This document shows, piece after piece, positions 1 through 8,849 of a stretch of 64,000 nucleotides of DNA. Numbering within the stretch: position 1 is the first letter of the stretch; each line of letters starts with the position of its first letter. The stretch comes from Albidovulum sp. Its GTDB lineage: Bacteria > Pseudomonadota > Alphaproteobacteria > Rhodobacterales > Rhodobacteraceae. Below the pieces are notes generated by a model that was given only the letters and a program-made list of their open reading frames with translations, made no database searches and had not been told where the DNA came from. Where the stretch lies: NCBI RefSeq assembly GCF_030837785.1, contig NZ_JAUQYA010000023.1; one strand, 5' to 3'. The position numbers and the translations under genes were made by a program.

Positions 1-786
1 ATGGCCGAGCCCGCCCGCCGCCGTCATCACCCCCGAGGCGATGCCGCGCTTGACCGGCGAGCCGCGGCCCGAGATCACGCCATCGTCGTGCGCCGCCTCG
101 GTGAAGCCCATCGAGATGCCGGCGCCCACCGCTGCGGCAAGGCCCACGGTCAGCGTCGTGGCCGGGTCGCGGGTGGCGAAGGCGGTGGCGAAGATCGGCG
201 CGAGCGTGGAGACGGAGCCGTCCATCAACCCCGCAAGCCCCGGCTGCACCCAGGTCAGGATGAACTGGCGGTGGGCGGCGCGGTCCTCCTCGCCCCTCGC
301 CGCGTCGTCGAGATGGACGGCCGAAAGCTCGCCCGCGCGGGTCTCGTGGGCCGTCTCGGCGGCGGCGAGGTCGCCCAGAAGCCTGCGCGTCTCGGCATCC
401 TGGGTCCGTTCGGCAGCGCGCCGGTAAAACGCCGCGGCCTCGTGCTCCATCGCCTCGGCCTCGCCCCGGATGCGGTCGAGCCCGAGGTTCTGCACCAGCC
501 AGACCGGGCGGCGGGCATAGAAGCCCGCCACATGCTCGCGCCGGATCAGCGGGATCACCTCGCCGAAACGCGTGATGTGGCGGTCGATCAGGCGGCGGCG
601 GTGCAGGTCTTCCTCCTCGGCCATCGTGTCGAAGACGGCGGCCGAGGCCGGATAGTCCTTGCGCAGCATCTCGGCGTAGCTGCGATAGATGCGCGCGTCG
701 TCCTCTTCGGAGGAAATGGCCAGCGCGAGGATTTCCTGGTCGCTCAGGTCGGAGAAGCGGCGGCGGTTGGCGAGGCCGGGGATCAT
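1..786 (-). CDS. mbfA: Iron exporter MbfA (rubrerythrin/ferritin-like N-terminal domain plus VIT1/CCC1 membrane domain), 3' end runs off the window
   Basis: Not in the ORF track. Manual minus-strand translation from ATG at 786: [34 protein letters not shown]...[10 protein letters not shown]...[25 protein letters not shown]...[16 protein letters not shown], showing ExxH di-iron motifs and the VIT1-type [10 protein letters not shown] motif. Confidence 0.93.
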   Translation of the reverse strand, partial: MIPGLANRRRFSDLSDQEILALAISSEEDDARIYRSYAEMLRKDYPASAAVFDTMAEEEDLHRRRLIDRHITRFGEVIPLIRREHVAGFYARRPVWLVQNLGLDRIRGEAEAMEHEAAAFYRRAAERTQDAETRRLLGDLAAAETAHETRAGELSAVHLDDAARGEEDRAAHRQFILTWVQPGLAGLMDGSVSTLAPIFATAFATRDPATTLTVGLAAAVGAGISMGFTEAAHDDGVISGRGSPVKRGIASGVMTAAGGLGH

Positions 787-798
787 CGGGGGCTCCGG

Positions 799-815
799 TC
801 TGGTATCATTCCAAA
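799..815 (-). promoter_or_regulatory. Irr-box / iron control element (ICE)-like site upstream of mbfA
   Basis: Minus strand reads TTTGGAATGATACCAGA against the ICE consensus TTTRGAAYNRTTCYAAA (2 mismatches); lies 12 nt upstream of the mbfA ATG; mbfA is a known Irr target. Confidence 0.7.
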
Positions 816-861
816 CTAGCGAGGGTCGGCGAGGGCGGCAAGAGCGGCAGCCTGGCAAATC

Positions 862-937
862 TGAACTTATTGGTTCATATTTGACTTGACTAAGTGAACC
901 GATCAGTCTATTTACCAGAAGTGAACCAAGCAGTTCA
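862..937. promoter_or_regulatory. Three TGAAC-N6-GTTCA palindromic operators overlapping a putative sigma70 promoter
   Basis: 862-877 TGAACTTATTGGTTCA, 895-910 TGAACCGATCAGTCTA, 922-937 TGAACCAAGCAGTTCA; TTGACT -35-like hexamers at 881-891; AT-rich island. Confidence 0.75.
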
Positions 938-951
938 GATTGGAGTCGACC

Positions 952-1161
952 ATGAGAGCCTTCCACGTCACGCTTGCCGCCCCGACCCTCGGCCTTGCCG
1001 CACTTCCGGCGCTGGCGGGCGACTTCGCCTTCGATCTGCCGCGGCTCGAATTCCCCGCCCCCACCCCCGCCCCGGCGACGGCGGGTGCCGACGCCTCGCG
1101 CGACTGCGCGCTGTCGCTTCTGCCCGCCGCGCCGGAAACCTGTGCCCCCGCCGGCAAATGA
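952..1161 (+). CDS. Small secreted hypothetical protein (69 aa, signal peptide, two Cys)
   Basis: GGAG RBS before ATG 952; [23 protein letters not shown] signal-like N-terminus; followed by a terminator. Confidence 0.65.
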   Translation: MRAFHVTLAAPTLGLAALPALAGDFAFDLPRLEFPAPTPAPATAGADASRDCALSLLPAAPETCAPAGK

Positions 1162-1195
1162 TCCCGCCCATCCCCGCCCATCCCCGGACGACTTC

Positions 1196-1223
1196 GGGCG
1201 GGAAGATCCCGCCCTTTTTCTTT
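1196..1223 (+). terminator. Rho-independent terminator
   Basis: GGGCGGGA-AGA-TCCCGCCC hairpin followed by TTTTTCTTT. Confidence 0.75.
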
Positions 1224-1280
1224 CCCGCGCTTGCCGCAGGCTTGGCGGCGGGGCTATCATTTCCGCATCCGGGGAGAGAC

Positions 1281-1922
1281 ATGCCAGACACGGCCGGGAT
1301 CGTGACCATCAAGCGCGGGCGCAAGTTCGACCAGGTGCTGGAAGGTGCCCGCACCGTCTTCCTGCGCGACGGTTACGAAGGCGCCAGCGTCGACGACATC
1401 GCCGCCGCGGCGGGCGTGTCGAAGGCCACGCTCTACAGCTACTTCCCCGACAAGCGGATCCTGTTCATCGAGGTGGCCAAGCAGGAAAGCCGGCGCCAGG
1501 CGGACGAGGCCGGGGTGCTGGTCACCTTGACCGCGCCGCCCGACTGCGTGTTGCCTGAGGCCGCGCGGCGCATCATTGCCTTCACGCTCTCCGATCTCGG
1601 CCAGGCGGTGTTCCGGCTCTGCGTGGCCGAATCCGACCGGTTCCCGGATCTCGGGCGGGAATTCTATGCCTCGGGCCCCGAGCTTGTCCGCGACCGGATC
1701 GCCGCCTATCTGAACGGCGCGGTGGCGCGCGGCGAGCTGGTGATCGACGACGTGCATCTCGCCGCCGACCAGTTCGCGGCGCTCTGCAAGGCCGGCATCT
1801 TCCTTGCCGTCAGCTTCGGCGTCCAGCGCCAGTATACCGAGGCCGAGAAGGAGCGCGTGGCGAAAGGCGCGGTGGAGATGTTCCTGGCCCGCTACGGCGT
1901 GAAGGGGCGTTCGTCGGCTTGA
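1281..1922 (+). CDS. TetR/AcrR family transcriptional regulator
   Basis: [32 protein letters not shown]-terminal [23 protein letters not shown] before ATG 1281. Confidence 0.92.
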   Translation: MPDTAGIVTIKRGRKFDQVLEGARTVFLRDGYEGASVDDIAAAAGVSKATLYSYFPDKRILFIEVAKQESRRQADEAGVLVTLTAPPDCVLPEAARRIIAFTLSDLGQAVFRLCVAESDRFPDLGREFYASGPELVRDRIAAYLNGAVARGELVIDDVHLAADQFAALCKAGIFLAVSFGVQRQYTEAEKERVAKGAVEMFLARYGVKGRSSA

Positions 1923-1970
1923 CACCCGGCCCGGAACGCGGGCTCATCCGGGCAGCCGAGGAGATGCCCG

Positions 1971-3212
1971 ATGAGAACCGAATTCGACCGCGAACTGGAA
2001 GAACGTCTGGTTCGATATGCCGCCATCGACACGCAGAGCGACGAGGATCAGCCCTCTGCCCCCAGCACCGCGATCCAGCTCGAGATGCAACAGCTTCTGG
2101 TCGCCGAACTGGCCGAGATGGGCGCGGCGGAGGTGCGCCTGACCGACTACGGCGCGGTCCTGGCGACGATCCCGGCAACGGCAGAGGCAGCACCGGTGAT
2201 CGCGCTTCTGGCCCATGTCGATACCGCGCCGCAGTTCAACGCGACGGGCGTGAAACCGGTCGTCCATCGCAACTACAACGGCGGAACGATCAGCTTCGCC
2301 GACGCGCCGGGCCTTGCGCTTTCGCCGCAGCATTCGCCCGAGCTGGCGCAGAAGGCCGGGCATGACATTGTCACCGCCAGCGGCACAACGCTTCTGGGGG
2401 CAGACGACAAGGCGGGGGTGGCCGTGATCATGACGGCGGCGCGGCACCTTCTCGCCAACCCCGGTATCCGCCACGGCCGCGTCCGGCTGGCCTTCACCCC
2501 CGACGAGGAGGTGGGGCGCGGCGTCGACAGGCGCCTGCCGCAGGATCTGGCCGCGGACTTTGCCTATACTTTCGACGGCAGCACTGTGGGCGAAATCGAG
2601 TACGAAAGCTTTTCGGCCGATGGCGCGGTGGTGACGGTGAAGGGCGTTTCGATCCACCCCGGCACGGCCAAGGACAAGATGGTCAACGCGCTGCATCTGG
2701 CGGCGAAGATCATCCAGACGCTCCCGCATGTGACGATGACACCCGAGACGACCGAGGGGCGCGAGGGGTTCATCCACGTCTACGACTGCAGGGGCGGTTC
2801 GGCCGAGGCCACGCTGAAATTCATCCTGCGCGACTTCGAACTCGACGGTCTTGCGGCAAAGGGCGAGCTGTTGCGCCATGTCTGCGCGACGGTGCAGGCA
2901 ACCGAGCCGCGCGCCGAGATCACCTGCGAGATCAGGCCGCAATACCGCAACATGCGCTACTGGCTGGAAAAGGACATGACGCCGGTGGACCTGGCCCGCG
3001 CCGCCTGCCGCGACCTCGGCATCGAGCCGGTCTCGGTGCCGATCCGCGGCGGGACCGACGGATCGCGCCTGACCGAGATGGGCGTGCCCTGCCCGAACAT
3101 CTTCACCGGCATGCACGAGATTCACGGGCCGCTGGAATGGGTCAGCGTGCAGGACATGGGGCTTTCTGCGAAGCTCTGCCTGCGGCTTGTCGAACGCGCG
3201 GCGCTGGGCTGA
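1971..3212 (+). CDS. pepT: Peptidase T (tripeptide aminopeptidase, M20B)
   Basis: AHVDT, LLGADDKAG, FTPDEEVG, RGGTDG and HGPLEW motifs. Confidence 0.93.
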   Translation: MRTEFDRELEERLVRYAAIDTQSDEDQPSAPSTAIQLEMQQLLVAELAEMGAAEVRLTDYGAVLATIPATAEAAPVIALLAHVDTAPQFNATGVKPVVHRNYNGGTISFADAPGLALSPQHSPELAQKAGHDIVTASGTTLLGADDKAGVAVIMTAARHLLANPGIRHGRVRLAFTPDEEVGRGVDRRLPQDLAADFAYTFDGSTVGEIEYESFSADGAVVTVKGVSIHPGTAKDKMVNALHLAAKIIQTLPHVTMTPETTEGREGFIHVYDCRGGSAEATLKFILRDFELDGLAAKGELLRHVCATVQATEPRAEITCEIRPQYRNMRYWLEKDMTPVDLARAACRDLGIEPVSVPIRGGTDGSRLTEMGVPCPNIFTGMHEIHGPLEWVSVQDMGLSAKLCLRLVERAALG

Positions 3213-3287
3213 AGGGCTTCCGCTGCGCGACGGGGCAGCATATCGAGAGATGCCGGCGCGATGCCGGCGCATCGGAGGGGGCACGCC

Positions 3288-3602
3288 ATGAGATACGGGA
3301 GTCTGGCCTTGCCGCTGGCGCTGGGCGCCTGCGTAGCGACGATCGGCACGGCGCCGCCGGGACCGCATCCGACAGACCCCCTTGGGCCGGGATGGATGGC
3401 GCCGGGGCCAAGCTGCGACCGCACCGACTTCGACCCGGCGCTCATCCTCGGCCGGCGACCGGAGGATCTGGGGCTTGAACGCTTCCCCTTCCCGGTCCGC
3501 GTCATCGCGCCGGGCATGGCGGTGACGATGGATTACAGCGCGGCGCGGCTCAACCTCGAGACCGACGCGAGGGGGCGTATCACCCGCTTCCACTGCGGCT
3601 GA
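3288..3602 (+). CDS. Peptidase inhibitor I78 family lipoprotein
   Basis: Lipobox LGAC; C-terminal RVIAPGMAVTMDYSAARLNLETD...ITRFHCG. Confidence 0.85.
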   Translation: MRYGSLALPLALGACVATIGTAPPGPHPTDPLGPGWMAPGPSCDRTDFDPALILGRRPEDLGLERFPFPVRVIAPGMAVTMDYSAARLNLETDARGRITRFHCG

Positions 3603-3707
3603 GGAGGAGGCTGGCGGAGCAGGCGGTCGCGAGAGCGAAAGAAGAACGGATGCCGCCGCCATCCGCCCCTGCGATGGCCGCCGGTGCCGGCGCGCCCCGG
3701 GCGCCCG

Positions 3708-3815
3708 AAAAAAGAATGCCCCGCAAGACGCGGGGCAGTCGAGCGACGGAGGGGTTCCGGTGGCGCGGCAGGGTGGGGGCTGTTAACCGCGCCACCGGAC
3801 CCTAGCGTTGTCGCT
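3708..3815 (-). ncRNA. Candidate small RNA: long stem-loop with C-rich loop, followed by an intrinsic terminator
   Basis: Perfect 13-bp stem (3756-3768/3787-3799), outer pairing 3742-3747/3810-3815, loop UUAACAGCCCCCACCCUG, then hairpin 3717-3737 and a U-tract at 3708-3713 on the minus strand; no minus-strand CDS ends here. Confidence 0.6.
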
Positions 3816-3938
3816 ATGGCGAAGCTGTGGCGCCGGATCACGGCGGCGGTGGGGAGGGACGGTGCCCGTGCCGGGGTCATTTCGTGGCCGAAAGCGGGCG
3901 GTCTTGATTTGCGCCGTGGCGGCGCTAACATCCTTGTC

Positions 3939-4286
3939 ATGACGGTCCAGCCACCGATCCCCTTCCATCCCGCGCCCCATGCGCCCGAGCAGGTCGCCTT
4001 CGACCGCCAGGAGCTTGGCCGCATCCTCGGGCTTTACGGGCGGATGGTCGCCGCGGGCGAGTGGCGCGACTACGCGGTGTCGTTCCTGCGCGACCGGGCG
4101 GTGTTCTCGGTGTTCCGCCGGTCGGCCGAACATCCGCTCTACCGGATCGAAAAGCATCCCCGGCTGAGGAACCGGCAGGGAATGTATGCGCTTTTCGGAA
4201 TGGACGGGCAGATTCTGAAGCGCGGGCACGACCTTGCCGCCGTGCTGCGCGATCTCGACCGCAAGCTGATCCGGCCCGTCGACTGA
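3939..4286 (+). CDS. DUF2794 domain protein
   Basis: FDRQELGRILGLYGRMVAAGEWRDYA...PLYRIEKHP...ILKRGHDL. Confidence 0.88.
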   Translation: MTVQPPIPFHPAPHAPEQVAFDRQELGRILGLYGRMVAAGEWRDYAVSFLRDRAVFSVFRRSAEHPLYRIEKHPRLRNRQGMYALFGMDGQILKRGHDLAAVLRDLDRKLIRPVD

Positions 4287-4319
4287 GGCCCCGCTGGCCG
4301 GGGGGCTGCCCGGCCCCGT

Positions 4320-5147
4320 TCAGGGCCGCCGCAGCGCGGTCACCGGGCCCTCGCCCTGCGCCTCGATCCGCGCGATTGCCTCGGCGATGCCCTCGTGGCC
4401 CACCGCCATCTGGAAACCGTTGGCATGGATCAGCCGGTCGGCCGACACCGCCATCGCCACATGACCCTTCCAGAAGAAAAGGTCGCCCCGGCGGGCCGGC
4501 GTTCCGACGGGCAGGGCGCTGCCCACGGCCCGCTCCTGCATGTCGCTGTCGCCGGGGCATGGAATGCCGCAGGCGAGAAGTGCTGCCTGCACCAGGCCCG
4601 AGCAGTCGATGCCTGCGCGCGAGTTGCCGCCCCAGAGGTAGGGCGTGCCGAGGAAGCTTTCGGCCACCGCCGCGGGGTCGGTCGCCCGGTCGCCGAGGGT
4701 GCGGAGGTGCGGGCGCGGCGCAAAAAGCCCGTCGGCGGTTTCGAGGAACCGGGGATGTTCGGCGACGATGGTCAGCCGCGCGCCCATCGTGAGGCAGGCG
4801 ACCTCGGGTGTCTTGAGGCTTGGCGCGCGGTAGAGCCAGGTCGCCGGCGCGGCGATCCAGTGCGTCGCGTCGCGGTCCTCGCCCAGCGCGCCTTCGGTCA
4901 GGTAGCCGCAGTAGCCGTCCTTTTCCGCCTGCACGAAGGCGAAGCCCCCGTGGCGGTCGAGCACCGTCACCCGCTCGCCCATCAGCACCTGCCGGTCGCG
5001 CGGGCCGTCCGGCCGCGCCAGCAGGTCGGCCAGCGCCGCGATGATCCGCGCCGGCTCTCCGGCGACGTAGTGTTCAGCCTCCACCTTGCCCTTCAGCGAG
5101 ACATGGGCGACGCGGCCGTTCGCGGGGGTGAGGCGGCGGTCGGTCAC
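4320..5147 (-). CDS. NlpC/P60 (C40) peptidase with SH3-like N-terminal region
   Basis: FLGTPYLWGGNSRAGIDCSGLVQ and GDLFFWKGHVA motifs. Confidence 0.92.
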   Translation of the reverse strand: MTDRRLTPANGRVAHVSLKGKVEAEHYVAGEPARIIAALADLLARPDGPRDRQVLMGERVTVLDRHGGFAFVQAEKDGYCGYLTEGALGEDRDATHWIAAPATWLYRAPSLKTPEVACLTMGARLTIVAEHPRFLETADGLFAPRPHLRTLGDRATDPAAVAESFLGTPYLWGGNSRAGIDCSGLVQAALLACGIPCPGDSDMQERAVGSALPVGTPARRGDLFFWKGHVAMAVSADRLIHANGFQMAVGHEGIAEAIARIEAQGEGPVTALRRP

Positions 5148-6529
5148 AGGCCGAGCGCCCCCGGAAGGGCCGCGAGGATCGCCCGCGCACCCTGGCCCAC
5201 GCCGCCCTTGGGGCGGGCCGGGGCGGCCGCGGGCTGCCAGCCGTAGATGTCGAAATGCACGTAACGCGGGGTTTCGGTGACGAAGCGGCGCAGGAACAGC
5301 GCGGCGGTGATCGACCCCGCCATGCCGCCCGAGGGCGCGTTGTCGAGATCGGCGATGCCGGGCTCGATCATCGCCTCGTAGGGGTTCCAGAACGGCATCC
5401 GCCAGACCGGGTCCGCCAGCGCCGCGCCCCCGGCGGCGATCGCCCCGGCAACCGCGTCATCGTCGCAGTAGAAGGGAACGACGTCCGGTCCCAGCGCCAC
5501 CCGGGCGGAACCGGTCAGCGTCGCCATCGAGACCAGGAGGTCGGGGCGCTCCTCGTCGGCGAGCGCCAGCGCGTCGGCAAGGATCAGACGGCCTTCCGCG
5601 TCGGTATTGTTGATTTCCACCGTCAGGCCCTTGCGGCTTTTCAGGATGTCCTGCGGCCGCATCGCATTGCCCGACACGGCGTTCTCGACCGCCGGCACCA
5701 GCACGCGGAGCCTGAGCTTCAGGCCCAGCGCCATGATCATCCGGGCGAGCCCCATCACGGTCGCGGCGCCGCCCATGTCCTTCTTCATCAGGCCCATCGA
5801 CGCGGCTGGCTTGAGGTCGAGCCCGCCGGTGTCGAAGCACACCCCCTTGCCGACGAGGGTGAGGGTCGGTCCCGCGCCGCCCCAGCGCATCTCCAGAAGC
5901 CGCGGCGGGCGGGCCGAGGCGCGGCCGACGGCGTGGATCATCGGAAAGCCGCGGGCCAGAAGGTCGTCGCCGCGGATCGCCGTCGCCGTGGCGCCATAGG
6001 CTGCGGCCAGCGCCATGAAGGCGTCTTCCAGCTCCGCCGGGCCAAGGTCGGAGGCCGGCGTGTTGATCAGGTCGCGGGTCAGCGCCTCGGCCTCGGCCAT
6101 CGCCAGGATGCGCGCACCATCGACGCCGGCGGGCAGGTGCAGCCGCGCCTTCGGCGGCTCGGCGTCGCGGTAGCGGCCGAAACGGTAGGTGGCGAGCAGC
6201 CAGCCCAGCGCGGCCTCCGCCGCCCCGGCGGGTGACGGCGTGCCATCGAGCCGCCAGGCGCCTTCGGGCAGGTCCGCCACGGCGCCGGCGATGTGGAACC
6301 GGCCGCGGCTGCGGGCCGCGGGCGTGCCGAGGCCGAGGGCGGCGCCGGACGGCGCGCCATCGGGCCCGGGCAGAAGGCAGAGCTGGCCGAGCTTGCCGGT
6401 GAAGCCGCAGGCGGCCAGCCAGGCGCGTTCGGCCGGCGGTCTCGCGCCGGTGAAGGCCTGTGCTGCGTCCTGCGGCACCAGGTGAAGCGGCCGCGTCGCT
6501 TCGGACGGATCGGCAAAGGCAAACGGCAT
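5144..6529 (-). CDS. Leucyl aminopeptidase family protein (M17)
   Basis: GKGVCFDTGGLDLK, MKKDMGGAA and NTDAEGRL motifs. Confidence 0.93.
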   Translation of the reverse strand: MPFAFADPSEATRPLHLVPQDAAQAFTGARPPAERAWLAACGFTGKLGQLCLLPGPDGAPSGAALGLGTPAARSRGRFHIAGAVADLPEGAWRLDGTPSPAGAAEAALGWLLATYRFGRYRDAEPPKARLHLPAGVDGARILAMAEAEALTRDLINTPASDLGPAELEDAFMALAAAYGATATAIRGDDLLARGFPMIHAVGRASARPPRLLEMRWGGAGPTLTLVGKGVCFDTGGLDLKPAASMGLMKKDMGGAATVMGLARMIMALGLKLRLRVLVPAVENAVSGNAMRPQDILKSRKGLTVEINNTDAEGRLILADALALADEERPDLLVSMATLTGSARVALGPDVVPFYCDDDAVAGAIAAGGAALADPVWRMPFWNPYEAMIEPGIADLDNAPSGGMAGSITAALFLRRFVTETPRYVHFDIYGWQPAAAPARPKGGVGQGARAILAALPGALGL

Positions 6530-6603
6530 CCCTGACCTCGCGCTTGGTTTCGCGCGCAGACTATCCCGGCCGCCGCCGCCTGCAAGGCCCCTTCGCGCGG
6601 CCG

Positions 6604-6984
6604 TCAGATCGTCATGTCGCGCAGATCCCAGACCGCGTTCAGCGACCGGTCGCCGATCCGGACGAGCCGCGCAAGCGTCGCCGCCTGCGCGGTGCGGTCA
6701 CCGGCCGCGGTGGCGCGCAGGACATCGCCCGCGACCCGGGCGAAGGTCAGCATCCCGATCTGTTCGGCGACCTTGGCCAGAAGCCGCGCGCTGCGCGCCA
6801 TCGCCGCGACGTCGCCGTCGTCGGCGAACCGCTGGATCTCGGTCAGCCGGCCGGCGAGTTCCTCCATCGCTCGGCAGACGACCTGTTCCGCCCCCGCCTC
6901 TCCAAGGTCGGAATAGAGCGCCACGAGCCGGTCCGGATCGAGCCGGACACCTTCGTCGTGGCGCAACACTGCAAGTGTCGCCAC
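6604..6984 (-). CDS. Hypothetical protein, HPt-like helical bundle
   Basis: All-helical 126-aa ORF with typical codon usage; ARSARLLAKVAEQIGM resembles the HPt AHxLKGxAxxxG motif. Confidence 0.7.
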   Translation of the reverse strand: MATLAVLRHDEGVRLDPDRLVALYSDLGEAGAEQVVCRAMEELAGRLTEIQRFADDGDVAAMARSARLLAKVAEQIGMLTFARVAGDVLRATAAGDRTAQAATLARLVRIGDRSLNAVWDLRDMTI

Positions 6985-7126
6985 CCTTCACCCTCCATCG
7001 CGCACCCCGCGCGTGGCGCATCCTCGGCGGGCGATCTCAAGAAATCGTTGCGGCGGACGCGAAAACCACTCGAATTCGACGGATGCGGCGGCTATCTGCG
7101 GGGTGACCGCCAGGGGAGCGACCGCG

Positions 7127-7774
7127 ATGCGCCACGCCAGACCGTTGCCCAACTACCTCGTGCAACGCTACCACGGCTGGAAGGCCACGACCTGGACGGA
7201 GAACCGCGCCTGGTACCGCAGGCTTGCCGAGGAAGGCCAGCGACCCCGCGCGATGGTGATTTCCTGCTGCGACAGCCGCGTGCATGTCACCTCGATCTTC
7301 GGCGCCGACCAGGGCGAGTTCTTCATCCACCGCAACATCGCCAACCTGGTGCCGCCCTATGCGCCCGACGGCGAACAGCACGGCACCTCGGCGACGATCG
7401 AATATGCGGTCTCGACGCTGAAGGTCGCGCATCTGATCGTCGTCGGCCATTCCTCCTGCGGCGGCGTGCAGGGGTGCCACGACATGTGCTCGGGGGCGGC
7501 GCCGGAACTGGAGGAGAAGTCGAGCTTCGTCGGCCGCTGGATGGATCTCCTGCGGCCGGGCTACGACCGGGTGAAGGATCTTCCCGAGGCGGAGCAGTTG
7601 CGCGCGCTGGAACGCGAGGCGGTGGTGATCAGTCTCGAGAACCTGATGACCTTCCCCTTCGTCCGCGCCGCGGTGGAGGCCGAGGAAATGACGCTGCACG
7701 GGCTCTGGAACGATATCGCCGGAGGCGGGCTCGACTGCTACGACCCGGCGACAGGGAGCTTCGTTCCGATCTGA
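7127..7774 (+). CDS. can: Beta-class carbonic anhydrase
   Basis: SCCDSRV, HRNIANLVPP and GHSSCGG zinc-binding motifs. Confidence 0.93.
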   Translation: MRHARPLPNYLVQRYHGWKATTWTENRAWYRRLAEEGQRPRAMVISCCDSRVHVTSIFGADQGEFFIHRNIANLVPPYAPDGEQHGTSATIEYAVSTLKVAHLIVVGHSSCGGVQGCHDMCSGAAPELEEKSSFVGRWMDLLRPGYDRVKDLPEAEQLRALEREAVVISLENLMTFPFVRAAVEAEEMTLHGLWNDIAGGGLDCYDPATGSFVPI

Positions 7775-7811
7775 GGGGCCGATCCGAGGGGCCGATCCGA
7801 GGGGCCGATCT
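7773..7811 (+). repeat. 13-bp tandem repeat (GAGGGGCCGATCC x3)
   Basis: Read directly at the end of the carbonic anhydrase gene. Confidence 0.85.
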
Positions 7812-7856
7812 GACCCGGGAACCCGGCGTTAACCGGAATCGGCCGAGGCTGGCGGC

Positions 7857-8309
7857 ATGGACACCCGCCGCACCGTCACCGTCGCCTTGCCCGAAGCGCT
7901 CCTCCTGGCGCTCGGTTCGGCGGCACGGGCGGCCGGGTGTTCACCCTCGGACTATCTCTGCGCGGTGCTGCGCGGCGCGCTCGACCGGACGCCGGCACGG
8001 CTGAGGCCGGAGGAGGAGGTGATCCGGCGCGCGGTCAACCTTTCGGCCGACTGGGTGGAGTTGCAGCGCCGGCTGCGGGCTGCGGGCTTCGTCCTGCGCC
8101 GCGCGCCCGAGGGCGGGCTTGCCGTCCACTCCTGGCCGATCGAGCGGGCGATCCTGCCGCTCAAGGCGCTGGGGCTGGGCGAGGCCGATCTGACGCTGCG
8201 TTACGGCACGCGCTTTCCGCCCGACGCCCCGCGCCAGACCGCCGTTTCCGCCATCCCCCGGCCGGCCGGCACGATTCCGCGCCGTCGCCGGAACGTGAGG
8301 GTTGCATAG
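7857..8309 (+). CDS. Hypothetical protein with ribbon-helix-helix-like N-terminus
   Basis: TVTVALPEALLLALGSAARAAGCSPSDYL pattern; ORF fills the gap between two genes. Confidence 0.65.
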   Translation: MDTRRTVTVALPEALLLALGSAARAAGCSPSDYLCAVLRGALDRTPARLRPEEEVIRRAVNLSADWVELQRRLRAAGFVLRRAPEGGLAVHSWPIERAILPLKALGLGEADLTLRYGTRFPPDAPRQTAVSAIPRPAGTIPRRRRNVRVA

Positions 8310-8357
8310 GCCGCGCCTGTGGTATCGTCTGGCAGCGTGTTGCCAGGGAGACCCGAC

Positions 8358-8828
8358 ATGACCACCCCGTTCCGCGTGCGGCTTGCCGCGACCCTTCTTC
8401 TGCCGCTCGCCGTTGCTGCCGCCCCGGCCTTCGCCGCCGGGACCGACAGCGGCACCAGCACCGCCCCCGCCGCCCAGTCCGGCTATGCCGAGGCGAAGGC
8501 CGCCGCCGATGCCGGCCGATACCCCGAGGCGCTGAAACGCCTTGCCGCGGTCATCAAGGCGGAGCCGCGCAACGCCGATGCGCTCAATCTGATGGGCTAT
8601 TCCAACCGCAAGATGAACCGCATGGCCGAGGCCGCGCGCTACTACGACGCGGCGCTGAAGGCCAATCCGAAGCATCTCGGCGCGCTTGAATACCAGGGCG
8701 AGATGTTCGTCGAGACGGGTGATTACACCAGCGCCCGTGCAAACCTGAACCGGCTGGCGACGCTCTGCGGCAAATGCGCGGAATATAGCGATCTGCGCGC
8801 GGCCCTCGCGGCGGCGGGGCAGGGCTGA
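8358..8828 (+). CDS. Secreted tetratricopeptide repeat protein
   Basis: Signal peptide; NADALNLMGYSNRK...ALKANPKHLGALEYQGE; C-terminal CGKCAEY. Confidence 0.85.
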   Translation: MTTPFRVRLAATLLLPLAVAAAPAFAAGTDSGTSTAPAAQSGYAEAKAAADAGRYPEALKRLAAVIKAEPRNADALNLMGYSNRKMNRMAEAARYYDAALKANPKHLGALEYQGEMFVETGDYTSARANLNRLATLCGKCAEYSDLRAALAAAGQG

Positions 8829-8849
8829 CACAGAGGTCTGCCGCGAAGG

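Noticed and set aside
1..819. 272-aa plus-strand ORF
   Set aside because: Antisense shadow of mbfA, which is clearly encoded on the minus strand
7773..7811. Short direct repeats considered as a possible CRISPR array
   Set aside because: 13-bp units with no spacers, and no cas genes in the window
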